A model generated the notes under the pieces. The model saw nothing but the letters and a program-made list of their open reading frames with translations, searched no databases and was not told the origin of the DNA. A program made the translations under genes and the position numbers. From NCBI GenBank assembly GCA_964016885.1, contig OZ024740.1, positions 21,514,001 to 21,578,000 of the forward strand: a stretch of 64,000 nucleotides of DNA. The letters are read 5' to 3'. The DNA is from Eledone cirrhosa (lineage: Eukaryota). Below, in pieces: positions 51,001 through 62,819 of the stretch. Positions within the stretch are counted from its first letter, which is position 1; every line of letters begins with the position of its first letter.

Positions 51001-54000
51001 AACAGTAGAGGGGAGTAGAGGAGAGTAGAGGAGAGTAGAGGCCAGTAGAGGACAGTAGAGGGACGTAGAGGAGAGTAGAGGGAAGTAGAGGAAAGTAGCA
51101 TGAAGTAGAGGGCAGTAGAGGACAGTATAACGCATTAGAGAACACTAGAGGACAGTAGAGGACAATAGAGGACAGTAGAGGGAATTAGAGAACAGTAGAG
51201 GACAGTAGAGGTCAGTAGAGGACAGTAGAGGACAGTATATCACATTAGAGTACAGTAGAGGACAGTAGAGGGAAGTAGAGAACAGTAGAGGACAGTAGAG
51301 GGCAGTAGAGGACAGTAAAGGGAGATAGAGGACAGTAGAGGACAGTAGAGGACAATACAGGTAAGTAGAGGACAGTAGATGACAGTAGAGGACAGTAGAG
51401 GGAAGTAGAGGACAGTAGAGGACAGTAGAGATCGGTAGAGGACAGTAGAGGACAGTAGAGGACAGTAGAGGACAGTAGACGGAAATATAGGACAGTAGAG
51501 GGAAGTAGAGGACAGTGGAGAGAAGTAGAGGACAACAGAGGTCAGTAGAGGGAAGTGGAGGGCAGTAGAGGACAGTAGAGGTAAGTAGAGAGTAGTAGAG
51601 GACAGTAGAGGACAATAGAGGGAAGTAGAGGACAGTAGAGGGCTGTAGAGAACAGTAGAGGGAAGTAGAGGACAGTAGAGGGAAGTAGAGGACAGTAGAG
51701 GTAAGTAGAGGACAGTAGAGGACAGTATAGGGAAGTAGAAGACAGTAGAGGGAAGTAGAGGAGAGTGGAGGACAGCAGAGGGAAGTAGAGGACAGTAGAG
51801 GGAAGTAGAGGACAGTAGAGGTAAGTAGATGAGAGTAGAGGAAGTAGAGAACAGTAGAGGGAAGTAGAGGACAATAGAGGGAAGTAGAAGACAGTGGAGA
51901 GAAGTAGAGGACAGTAGAGGACAATAGAGGGAAGTAGAGAGAAGTAGAGGACAGTAGAGGACAGTAGAGGGAAGTAGAGAATAGTAGAGGACAGTAGAAA
52001 ACAGTAGAGGGGAGTAGAGGAGAGTAGAGGAGAGTAGAGGCCAGTAGAGGACAGTAGAGGGACGTAGAGGAGAGTAGAGGGAAGTAGAGGAAAGTAGCAT
52101 GAAGTAGAGGGCAGTAGAGGACAGTATAACGCATTAGAGAACACTAGAGGACAGTAGAGGACAATAGAGGACAGTAGAGGGAATTAGAGAACAGTAGAGG
52201 ACAGTAGAGGTCAGTAGAGGACAGTAGAAGACAGTATAACACATTAGAGTACAGTAGAGGACAGTATAGGGAAGTAGAGAACAGTAGAGGACAGTAGAGG
52301 GCAGTAGAGGGCAGTAGAGGACAGTAGAGGGAGATAGAGGACAGTAGAGGACAGTAGAGGACAATACAGGTAAGTAGAGGACAGTAGATGACAGTAGAGG
52401 ACAGTAGAGGGAAGTAGAGGACAGTAGAGGACAGTAGAGATCGGTAGAGGACAGTAGAGGACAGTAGACGGAAATATAGGACAGTAGAGGGAAGTAGAGG
52501 ACAGTGGAGAGAAGTAGAGGACAACAGAGGTCAGTAGAGGGAAGTGGAGGGCAGTAGAGGACAGTAGAGGTAAGTAGAGAGTAGTAGAGGACAATAGAGG
52601 ACAATAGAGGGAAGTAGAGGACAGTAGAGGACTGTAGAGAACAGTAGAGGGAAGTAGAGGACAGTAGAGGCATGTAGACGACAGTAGAGGGTAGTAGAGG
52701 GAAGTAGAGGACAGTAGAAGTATGTAGAGGACAGTATAGGGTAGTAGATGACAGTAGAAGACAGTAGAGGGCAGTAGAGGACAGTAAAGGGAAGTAAAGG
52801 GAAGTAGAGAAAAGTAGAGGAAAGTAGAGGACAGTAGAACACATTAGAGGACACTAGAGGACAGTAGAGGACAGTAGAGGACAGGAGAGGGAAGTAGAGG
52901 ACAGTAGAGGGCACTAGAGGACAGTAGAGGACAGTAGAGGGCAGTAGAGGACAGTAGAGGACAGTAGAGGACAGTATAGGGAAGTAGAGGACAGTAGAGG
53001 CCAGTAGAGGGAAGTACAGGACAGTAGAGGGAAGTAGAGGAGAGTAGAGATAAGTAGAGGAGAGGAGAGGACAGTAGTGGGAATTAGAGGAGAGTAGAGG
53101 TAAGTAGAGGAGAGGAGACGACAGTAGAGGACAGTAGAGGAGAGTAGAGGGCAGTAGAGGGCAGTAGAGGACATTAGAGGGAAGTAGAGGACACTAGAGG
53201 GAAGTAGAGGACAGTAGAGGTAAGTAGAGGACAGTAGAGGACAGTAGAGGACAGTAGAGGGCAGTAGAGGAAACTAGAGGACAGTAGAGGACAGTAGAGG
53301 ACAGTAGAGGTAAGTAGAGGACAGTAGACGACATTAGAAGGAAGTAAATGGAAGTAGAGGACAGTAGAGGAGAGTAGAGGACAGTAGAGGGAAGTAGAGG
53401 ACAGTAGAGGGAAGTAGATGAGAGTAGAGGACAGTAGAGGAGAGTAGAGGTCAGTAGAAGACAGTAGATGACAGTAGAGGGAAGTATAGGACAGTGGAGA
53501 GAAGTAGAGGACAATAGAGGGAAGTAGAGGAGAGTAGAGCACAGTAGAGGACAGTATAGCACAGTAGAGGGCAGTAGAGGGCAGTAGAGGACAGTACAGG
53601 ATGTAGAGGACAGTAGAGGGCAGTAGAGGACAGTAGAGGACAGTAAAGGAAAGTAGAGGGAAGTAGAGGAGAGTAGACGGAAGTAGAGGACAGTAGAGGA
53701 CAGTAGAGGAAAGTAGAGGGAAGTAGAGGACAGTAGAGAACAGTATAACACATTAGAGGACACTAGAGAACAGTAGAGGACAGTAGAGGACAGTAGAGGA
53801 CAGTAGAGGACAGTAGAGGACAGTAGAGGGCAGTAGAGGACGGTAGAGGACAGTAGAGGGCAGTAGAGGGCAGTAGAGGAAGGTAGAGGACAGTAGAGGA
53901 CAGTAGAGGGCAGTAGAGAACTGTAGAGGACAGTATAGGACTGTAGAGGACAGTAGAGGACAGTAGAGGACAGTAGAGGGAAGTAGAGGACAGTAGAGGA

Positions 54001-57000
54001 CAGTAGAGGACAGTAGAGGACAGTAAAGGGAAGTATAGGACAGTAGAGGGAAGTATAGGAGAATAGAGGACAGTAGAGGGAAGTAGAGGACAGTAGAGGG
54101 AAGTACAGGATAGTAGAGGTAAGTAGAGGACAGAAGAGTGAAGTAGAGGTCAGTGGAGAGAAGTAGAGGATAGTAGAGGACAATAGAGGTCAGTAAAGGG
54201 AAGTGGAGGGCAGTAGAGGACAGTAGAGTGAAGTAGAGTGTAGTAGAGGGAAGTAGAGGACAGTAGAGATAAGTAGAGGACAGTAGAGGGAAGTAGAGGA
54301 CAGTAGAGGACGGTAGAGGTCAGTAGAGGGCAGTAGAGGACAGTAGAGGACAGTAGAGGACAGTAGAGGACAGTAGAGGGAATTAGAGGGAAGTAGAGGA
54401 CAGTATAGGAATGTAAAGGCCAGTAGAGGACAGTAGAGGGAAGTGGAGGGCAGTAGAGGACAGTAGATGACAGTAGATGGCAGTAGAGGACAGTAGAGGG
54501 AAATAGAGGACAGTGGAAAGAAGTAGATGACAGTAGAGGACAATAGAGGTCAGTAGAGGGAAGTGGAAGGCAGTAGAGGACAGTAGAGGGAAGTAGAGAG
54601 TAGTAGAGGACAGTAGAGATAAGTAGAGGAGAGTATACGACAGTAGAGGGCAGTACAGGGAAGTAAAGGACAATAGAGGACAGTAGAGGGCAGTAGAGGA
54701 AACTAGAGGACAGTAGAGGACAGTAGAGGAGAGTAGAGGGGAGTAGAGGAAGTATAGGACAGTAGAGGATAGTAGAGGACAGTAGAGGGAAGTAGAGGAC
54801 AGTAGAAGACAGTAGAGGACAGTAGAGAGAAGTAGAGGACAGTGGAGAGAAGTAGAGGACAATAGGGGACAATAGAGGTCAGTAGAGGGAAGTGGGGGGC
54901 AGTAGAGGACAGTAGAGGTAAGTAGAGAGTAGTAGAGGACAGTAGAGGACAGTAGAGGGAAGTAGAGGACAGTAGAGGACAGTAGAGGACTGTAGAGAAC
55001 AGTAGAGGGAAGTAGAGGACAGTAGAGGGAAGTAGAGGGACATAGAGAAAAGTAGAGGACAGTAGAACACATTAGAGGAGACTAGAGGACAGTAGAGGAC
55101 AGTAGAGGACGGTAGAGGACAGTAGAGGGAAGTAGAGAACAGTAGAGGGCAGTAGAGGACAGTAGAGGACAGTAGAGGGCAGTAGATGACAGTAGAGGAC
55201 AGTAGAGGACAGTAGAGGGAAGTATAGGACAGTAGAGGACAGTAGAGGGAAGTACAGGACAGTAGAGGAGAGTAGAGGACAGTAGTGGGAATTAGAGGAG
55301 AGTAGAGGTAAGTAGAGGAGAGGACAGTAGAGGAGAGTAGAGGTATGTAGAGGAGAGTAGAGGACAGTAGAGGGAAGTAGATGAGAATATAGGTAAGTAG
55401 AGGAGAGTAGAGGGCAGTAGAGGGCAGTAGAGTACATTAGAGGGAAGTAGAGGACAGTAGAGGTAAGTAGAGGACAGTAGAGGAGAGTAGAGGGAAGTAG
55501 AGGACAGTAGAGGACAGTAGACGGCAGGAGAGGACAGTAGAGGACAGTAGAGGACAGTAGTGGTAAGTAGAGGACAGTAGAGGACATTAGAAGGAAGTAG
55601 AGGGAAGTAGAGGACAGTAGAGGACAGTAGAGGACAGTAGAGGGAAGTAGAGGACAGTAGAGGGAAGTAGATGAGAGTAGAGGTAAGTAGAGGAGAGTAG
55701 AGGACAGTAGAAGACAATAGAGGACAGTAGAGGGAAGTAGAGGACAGTAGAGGGAAGTAGAGGACAGTGGAGAGAAGTAGAGGACAGTAGATAACGGTAG
55801 AGGACAGTAGAGGACTGTAGAGGTAAGTAGAGGACAGTAGAGGACAGTAGAGGGAAGTAGAGACAGTAGAGGACAGTATAGGGCAGTAGAGTTCAGTAGA
55901 GGACAGTAGAGGTAAGTAGAGGGCAGTAGAGGACAGTAGAGGTCAGTAGAGGACAGTAGAGGACAGTAGAGGGAATTATAGGGAAGTAGAGGATAGTATA
56001 GGAAAGTAAAGGACAGTAGAGGACAGTAGAGGGAAATGGAGGGCATTAGAGGGCAGTAAAGGACAGTAGAGGACAGTAGAGGAGAGTAAAGGGAAGTAGT
56101 GAAAGGTAGAGGAAAGTAGAGGACAGTAGAACACATTAGAGGACACTAGAGGACAGTAGAGGACAGCAGAGGACAGTAGAGGACAGTAGAGTGAGGTAGA
56201 CGACAGTAGAGGATAGTAGATGACAGTAGAGGGCAGTAGAGGACAGTAGAGGGAAATAGAGGACTGTGGAAAGAAGTAGATGACAGTAGAGGACAATAGA
56301 GGTCAGTAGAGGGAAGTGGAAGTCAGTAGAGGACAGTAGAGGGAAGTAGAGAGTAGTAGAGGACAGTAGAGGGAAGTAGAGGTAAGTAGAGGACAGTAGA
56401 TGACAGTAGAGGGAAGTAGAAGACAGTAGAGGGAAGTAGAGGAGAGTGGAGGACAGTAGAGGGAAGTAGAGGACAGTAGAGGGAAGTAGAGGACAGTAGA
56501 GGGAAGTAGAGGACAGTAGAGGTAAGTAGAGGACAGTAGAGGACAGTATAGGGAAGTAGAAGACAGTAGAGGGAAGTAGAGGAGAGTGGAGGACAGTAGA
56601 GGGAAGTAGAGGACAGTAGAGGGAAGTAGAGGACAGTAGAGGTAAGTAGATGAGAGTAGAGGAAGTAGAGAACAGTAGAGGGAAGTAGAGGACAATAGAG
56701 GGAAGTAGAAGACAGTGGAGAGAAGTAGAGGACAGTAGAGGACAATAGAGGGAAGTAGAGAGAAGTAGAGGACAGTAGAGGACAGTAGAGGGAAGTAGAG
56801 AATAGTAGAGGACAGTAGAAAACAGTAGAGGGGAGTAGAGGAGAGTAGAGGAGAGTAGAGGCCAGTAGAGGACAGTAGAGGGACGTAGAGGAGAGTAGAG
56901 GGAAGTAGAGGAAAGTAGCATGAAGTAGAGGGCAGTAGAGGACAGTATAACGCATTAGAGAACACTAGAGGACAGTAGAGGACAATAGAGGACAGTAGAG

Positions 57001-60000
57001 GGAATTAGAGAACAGTAGAGGACAGTAGAGGTCAGTAGAGGACAGTAGAGGACAGTATATCACATTAGAGTACAGTAGAGGACAGTAGAGGGAAGTAGAG
57101 AACAGTAGAGGACAGTAGAGGGCAGTAGAGGACAGTAAAGGGAGATAGAGGACAGTAGAGGACAGTAGAGGACAATACAGGTAAGTAGAGGACAGTAGAT
57201 GACAGTAGAGGACAGTAGAGGGAAGTAGAGGACAGTAGAGGACAGTAGAGATCGGTAGAGGACAGTAGAGGACAGTAGAGGACAGTAGAGGACAGTAGAC
57301 GGAAATATAGGACAGTAGAGGGAAGTAGAGGACAGTGGAGAGAAGTAGAGGACAACAGAGGTCAGTAGAGGGAAGTGGAGGGCAGTAGAGGACAGTAGAG
57401 GTAAGTAGAGAGTAGTAGAGGACAGTAGAGGACAATAGAGGGAAGTAGAGGACAGTAGAGGGCTGTAGAGAACAGTAGAGGGAAGTAGAGGACAGTAGAG
57501 GGAAGTAGAGGACAGTAGAGGTAAGTAGAGGACAGTAGAGGACAGTATAGGGAAGTAGAAGACAGTAGAGGGAAGTAGAGGAGAGTGGAGGACAGTAGAG
57601 GGAAGTAGAGGACAGTAGAGGGAAGTAGAGGACAGTAGAGGTAAGTAGATGAGAGTAGAGGAAGTAGAGAACAGTAGAGGGAAGTAGAGGACAATAGAGG
57701 GAAGTAGAAGACAGTGGAGAGAAGTAGAGGACAGTAGAGGACAATAGAGGGAAGTAGAGAGAAGTAGAGGACAGTAGAGGACAGTAGAGGGAAGTAGAGA
57801 ATAGTAGAGGACAGTAGAAAACAGTAGAGGGGAGTAGAGGAGAGTAGAGGAGAGTAGAGGCCAGTAGAGGACAGTAGAGGGACGTAGAGGAGAGTAGAGG
57901 GAAGTAGAGGAAAGTAGCATGAAGTAGAGGGCAGTAGAGGACAGTATAACGCATTAGAGAACACTAGAGGACAGTAGAGGACAATAGAGGACAGTAGAGG
58001 GAATTAGAGAACAGTAGAGGACAGTAGAGGTCAGTAGAGGACAGTAGAAGACAGTATAACACATTAGAGTACAGTAGAGGACAGTATAGGGAAGTAGAGA
58101 ACAGTAGAGGACAGTAGAGGGCAGTAGAGGGCAGTAGAGGACAGTAGAGGGAGATAGAGGACAGTAGAGGACAGTAGAGGACAATACAGGTAAGTAGAGG
58201 ACAGTAGATGACAGTAGAGGACAGTAGAGGGAAGTAGAGGACAGTAGAGGACAGTAGAGATCGGTAGAGGACAGTAGAGGACAGTAGACGGAAATATAGG
58301 ACAGTAGAGGGAAGTAGAGGACAGTGGAGAGAAGTAGAGGACAACAGAGGTCAGTAGAGGGAAGTGGAGGGCAGTAGAGGACAGTAGAGGTGAGTAGAGA
58401 GTAGTAGAGGACAATAGAGGACAATAGAGGGAAGTAGAGGACAGTAGAGGACTGTAGAGAACAGTAGAGGGAAGTAGAGGACAGTAGAGGCATGTAGACG
58501 ACAGTAGAGGGTAGTAGAGGGAAGTAGAGGACAGTAGAAGTATGTAGAGGACAGTATAGGGTAGTAGATGACAGTAGAAGACAGTAGAGGGCAGTAGAGG
58601 ACAGTAAAGGGAAGTAAAGGGAAGTAGAGAAAAGTAGAGGAAAGTAGAGGACAGTAGAACACATTAGAGGACACTAGAGGACAGTAGAGGACAGTAGAGG
58701 ACAGGAGAGGGAAGTAGAGGACAGTAGAGGGCACTAGAGGACAGTAGAGGACAGTAGAGGGCAGTAGAGGACAGTAGAGGACAGTAGAGGACAGTATAGG
58801 GAAGTAGAGGACAGTAGAGGCCAGTAGAGGGAAGTACAGGACAGTAGAGGGAAGTAGAGGAGAGTAGAGATAAGTAGAGGAGAGGAGAGGACAGTAGTGG
58901 GAATTAGAGGAGAGTAGAGGTAAGTAGAGGAGAGGAGACGACAGTAGAGGACAGTAGAGGAGAGTAGAGGGCAGTAGAGGGCAGTAGAGGACATTAGAGG
59001 GAAGTAGAGGACACTAGAGGGAAGTAGAGGACAGTAGAGGTAAGTAGAGGACAGTAGAGGACAGTAGAGGACAGTAGAGGGCAGTAGAGGAAACTAGAGG
59101 ACAGTAGAGGACAGTAGAGGACAGTAGAGGTAAGTAGAGGACAGTAGACGACATTAGAAGGAAGTAAATGGAAGTAGAGGACAGTAGAGGAGAGTAGAGG
59201 ACAGTAGAGGGAAGTAGAGGACAGTAGAGGGAAGTAGATGAGAGTAGAGGACAGTAGAGGGAAGTATAGGACAGTGGAGAGAAGTAGAGGACAATAGAGG
59301 GAAGTAGAGGAGAGTAGAGCACAGTAGAGGACAGTATAGCACAGTAGAGGGCAGTAGAGGGCAGTAGAGGACAGTACAGGATGTAGAGGACAGTAGAGGG
59401 CAGTAGAGGACAGTAGAGGACAGTAAAGGAAAGTAGAGGACAGTAGAGGACAGTAGAGGACAGTAGAGGACAGTAGAGGACAGTCGAGGACAGTAGAGGA
59501 AAGTAGAGGGAAGTAGAGGAGAGTAGACGGAAGTAGAGGACAGTAGAGGACAGTAGAGGAAAGTAGAGGGAAGTAGAGGACAGTAGAGAACAGTATAACA
59601 CATTAGAGGACACTAGAGAACAGTAGAGGACAGTAGAGGACAGTAGAGGACAGTAGAGGACAGTAGAGGACAGTAGAGGGCAGTAGAGGACGGTAGAGGA
59701 CAGTAGAGGGCAGTAGAGGGCAGTAGAGGAAGGTAGAGGACAGTAGAGGACAGTAGAGGGCAGTAGAGAACTGTAGAGGACAGTATAGGACTGTAGAGGA
59801 CAGTAGAGGACAGTAGAGGACAGTAGAGGGAAGTAGAGGACAGTAGAGGACAGTAGAGGACAGTAGAGGACAGTAAAGGGAAGTATAGGACAGTAGAGGG
59901 AAGTATAGGAGAATAGAGGACAGTAGAGGGAAGTAGAGGACAGTAGAGGGAAGTACAGGATAGTAGAGGTAAGTAGAGGACAGAAGAGTGAAGTAGAGGT

Positions 60001-62819
60001 CAGTGGAGAGAAGTAGAGGATAGTAGAGGACAATAGAGGTCAGTAAAGGGAAGTGGAGGGCAGTAGAGGACAGTAGAGTGAAGTAGAGTGTAGTAGAGGG
60101 AAGTAGAGGACAGTAGAGATAAGTAGAGGACAGTAGAGGGAAGTAGAGGACAGTAGAGGACGGTAGAGGTCAGTAGAGGGCAGTAGAGGACAGTAGAGGA
60201 CAGTAGAGGACAGTAGAGGACAGTAGAGGGAATTAGAGGGAAGTAGAGGACAGTATAGGAATGTAAAGGCCAGTAGAGGACAGTAGAGGGAAGTGGAGGG
60301 CAGTAGAGGACAGTAGATGACAGTAGATGGCAGTAGAGGACAGTAGAGGGAAATAGAGGACAGTGGAAAGAAGTAGATGACAGTAGAGGACAATAGAGGT
60401 CAGTAGAGGGAAGTGGAAGGCAGTAGAGGACAGTAGAGGGAAGTAGAGAGTAGTAGAGGACAGTAGAGATAAGTAGAGGAGAGTATACGACAGTAGAGGG
60501 CAGTACAGGGAAGTAAAGGACAATAGAGGACAGTAGAGGGCAGTAGAGGAAACTAGAGGACAGTAGAGGACAGTAGAGGAGAGTAGAGGGGAGTAGAGGA
60601 AGTATAGGACAGTAGAGGATAGTAGAGGACAGTAGAGGGAAGTAGAGGACAGTAGAAGACAGTAGAGGACAGTAGAGAGAAGTAGAGGACAGTGGAGAGA
60701 AGTAGAGGACAATAGGGGACAATAGAGGTCAGTAGAGGGAAGTGGGGGGCAGTAGAGGACAGTAGAGGTAAGTAGAGAGTAGTAGAGGACAGTAGAGGAC
60801 AGTAGAGGGAAGTAGAGGACAGTAGAGGACAGTAGAGGACTGTAGAGAACAGTAGAGGGAAGTAGAGGACAGTAGAGGGAAGTAGAGGGACATAGAGAAA
60901 AGTAGAGGACAGTAGAACACATTACAGGAGACTAGAGGACAGTAGAGGACAGTAGAGGACGGTAGAAGATAGTAGAGGGAAGTAGAGAACAGTAGAGGGC
61001 AGTAGAGGACAGTAGAGGACAGTAGAGTGCAGTAGATGACAGTAGAGGACAGTAGAGGACAGTAGAGGGAAGTATAGGACAGTAGAGGACAGTAGAGGGA
61101 AGTACAGGACAGTAGAGGAGAGTAGAGGACAGTAGTGGGAATTAGAGGAGAGTAGAGGTAAGTAGAGGAGAGGACAGTAGAGGACAGTAGAGGAGAGTAT
61201 AGGTATGTAGAGGAGAGTAGAGGACAGTAGAGGGAAGTAGATGAGAATAGAGGTAAGTAGAGGAGAGTAGAGGGCAGTAGAGGGCAGTAGAGTACATTAG
61301 AGGGAAGTAGAGGACAGTAGAGGTAAGTAGAGGACAGTAGAGGAGAGTAGAGGGAAGTAGAGGACAGTAGAGGACAGTAGACGGCAGGAGAGGACAGTAG
61401 AGGACAGTAGAGGACAGTAGAGGTAAGTAGAGGACAGTAGATGACATTAGAAGGAAGTAGAGGGAAGTAGAGGACAGTAGAGGACAGTAGAGGACAGTAG
61501 AGGGAAGTAGAGGACAGTAGAGGGAAGTAGATGAGAGTAGAGGTAAGTAGAGGAGAGTAGAGGACAGTAGAAGACAATAGAGGACAGTAGAGGGAAGTAG
61601 AGGACAGTAGAGGGAAGTAGAGGACAGTGGAGAGAAGTAGAGGACAGTAGAGAACGGTAGAGGACAGTAGAGGACTGTAGAGGTAAGTAGAGGACAGTAG
61701 AGGACAGTAGAGGGAAGTAGAGGAGAGTAGAAGCCAGTAAAGGACAGTAGAGGATAGTAAAGGGAAGTAGAGGATAGTAGAGGGAAGTAGAGGACAATAG
61801 AGGACATTAGAGGGAAGTAGAGGACAGTAGAGGGAAGTACAGGATAGTAGAGGTAGGTAGAGGACAGTAGAGTGAAGTAGAGGACAGTGGAGAGAAGTAG
61901 AGGATAGTAGAGGACAATAGAGGTCAGTAAAGGGAAGTGGAGGGCAGTAGAGGACAGTAGAGTGAAGTAGAGTGTAGTAGAGAGAAGTAGAGGACAGTAG
62001 AGGTAAGTAGAGGACAGTAGAGGGAAGTAGAGACAGTAGAGGACAGTATAGGGCAGTAGAGTTCAGTAGAGGACAGTAGAGGTAAGTAGAGGGCAGTAGA
62101 GGACAGTAGAGGTCAGTAGAGGACAGTAGAGGACAGTAGAGGGAATTATAGGGAAGTAGAGGACAGTATAGGAAAGTAAAGGACAGTAGAGGACAGTAGA
62201 GGGAAATGGAGGGCATTAGATGGCAGTAAAGGACAGTAGAGGACAGTAGAGGAGAGTAAAGGGAAGTAGTGAAAGGTAGAGGAAAGTAGAGGACAGTAGA
62301 ACACATTAGAGGACACTAGAGGACAGTAGAGGACAGCAGAGGACAGTAGAGGACAGTAGAGGACAGTAGAGTGAAGTAGACGACAGTAGAGGATAGTAGA
62401 TGACAGTAGAGGGCAGTAGAGGACAGTAGAGGGAAATAGAGGACTGTGGAAAGAAGTAGATGACAGTAGAGGACAATAGAGGTCAGTAGAGGGAAGTGGA
62501 AGTCAGTAGAGGACAGTAGAGGGAAGTAGAGAGTAGTAGAGGACAGTAGAGGGAAGTAGAGGTAAGTAGAGGACAGTAGATGACAGTAGAGGGAAGTAGA
62601 AGACAGTAGAGGGAAGTAGAGGAGAGTGGAGGACAGTAGAGGGAAGTAGAGGACAGTAGAGGGAAGTAGAGGACAGTAGAGGGAAGTAGAGGACAGTAGA
62701 GGTAAGTAGAGGACAGTAGAGGACAGTATAGGGAAGTAGAAGACAGTAGAGGGAAGTAGAGGAGAGTGGAGGACAGTAGAGGGAAGTAGAGGACAGTAGA
62801 GGGAAGTAGAGGACAGTAG

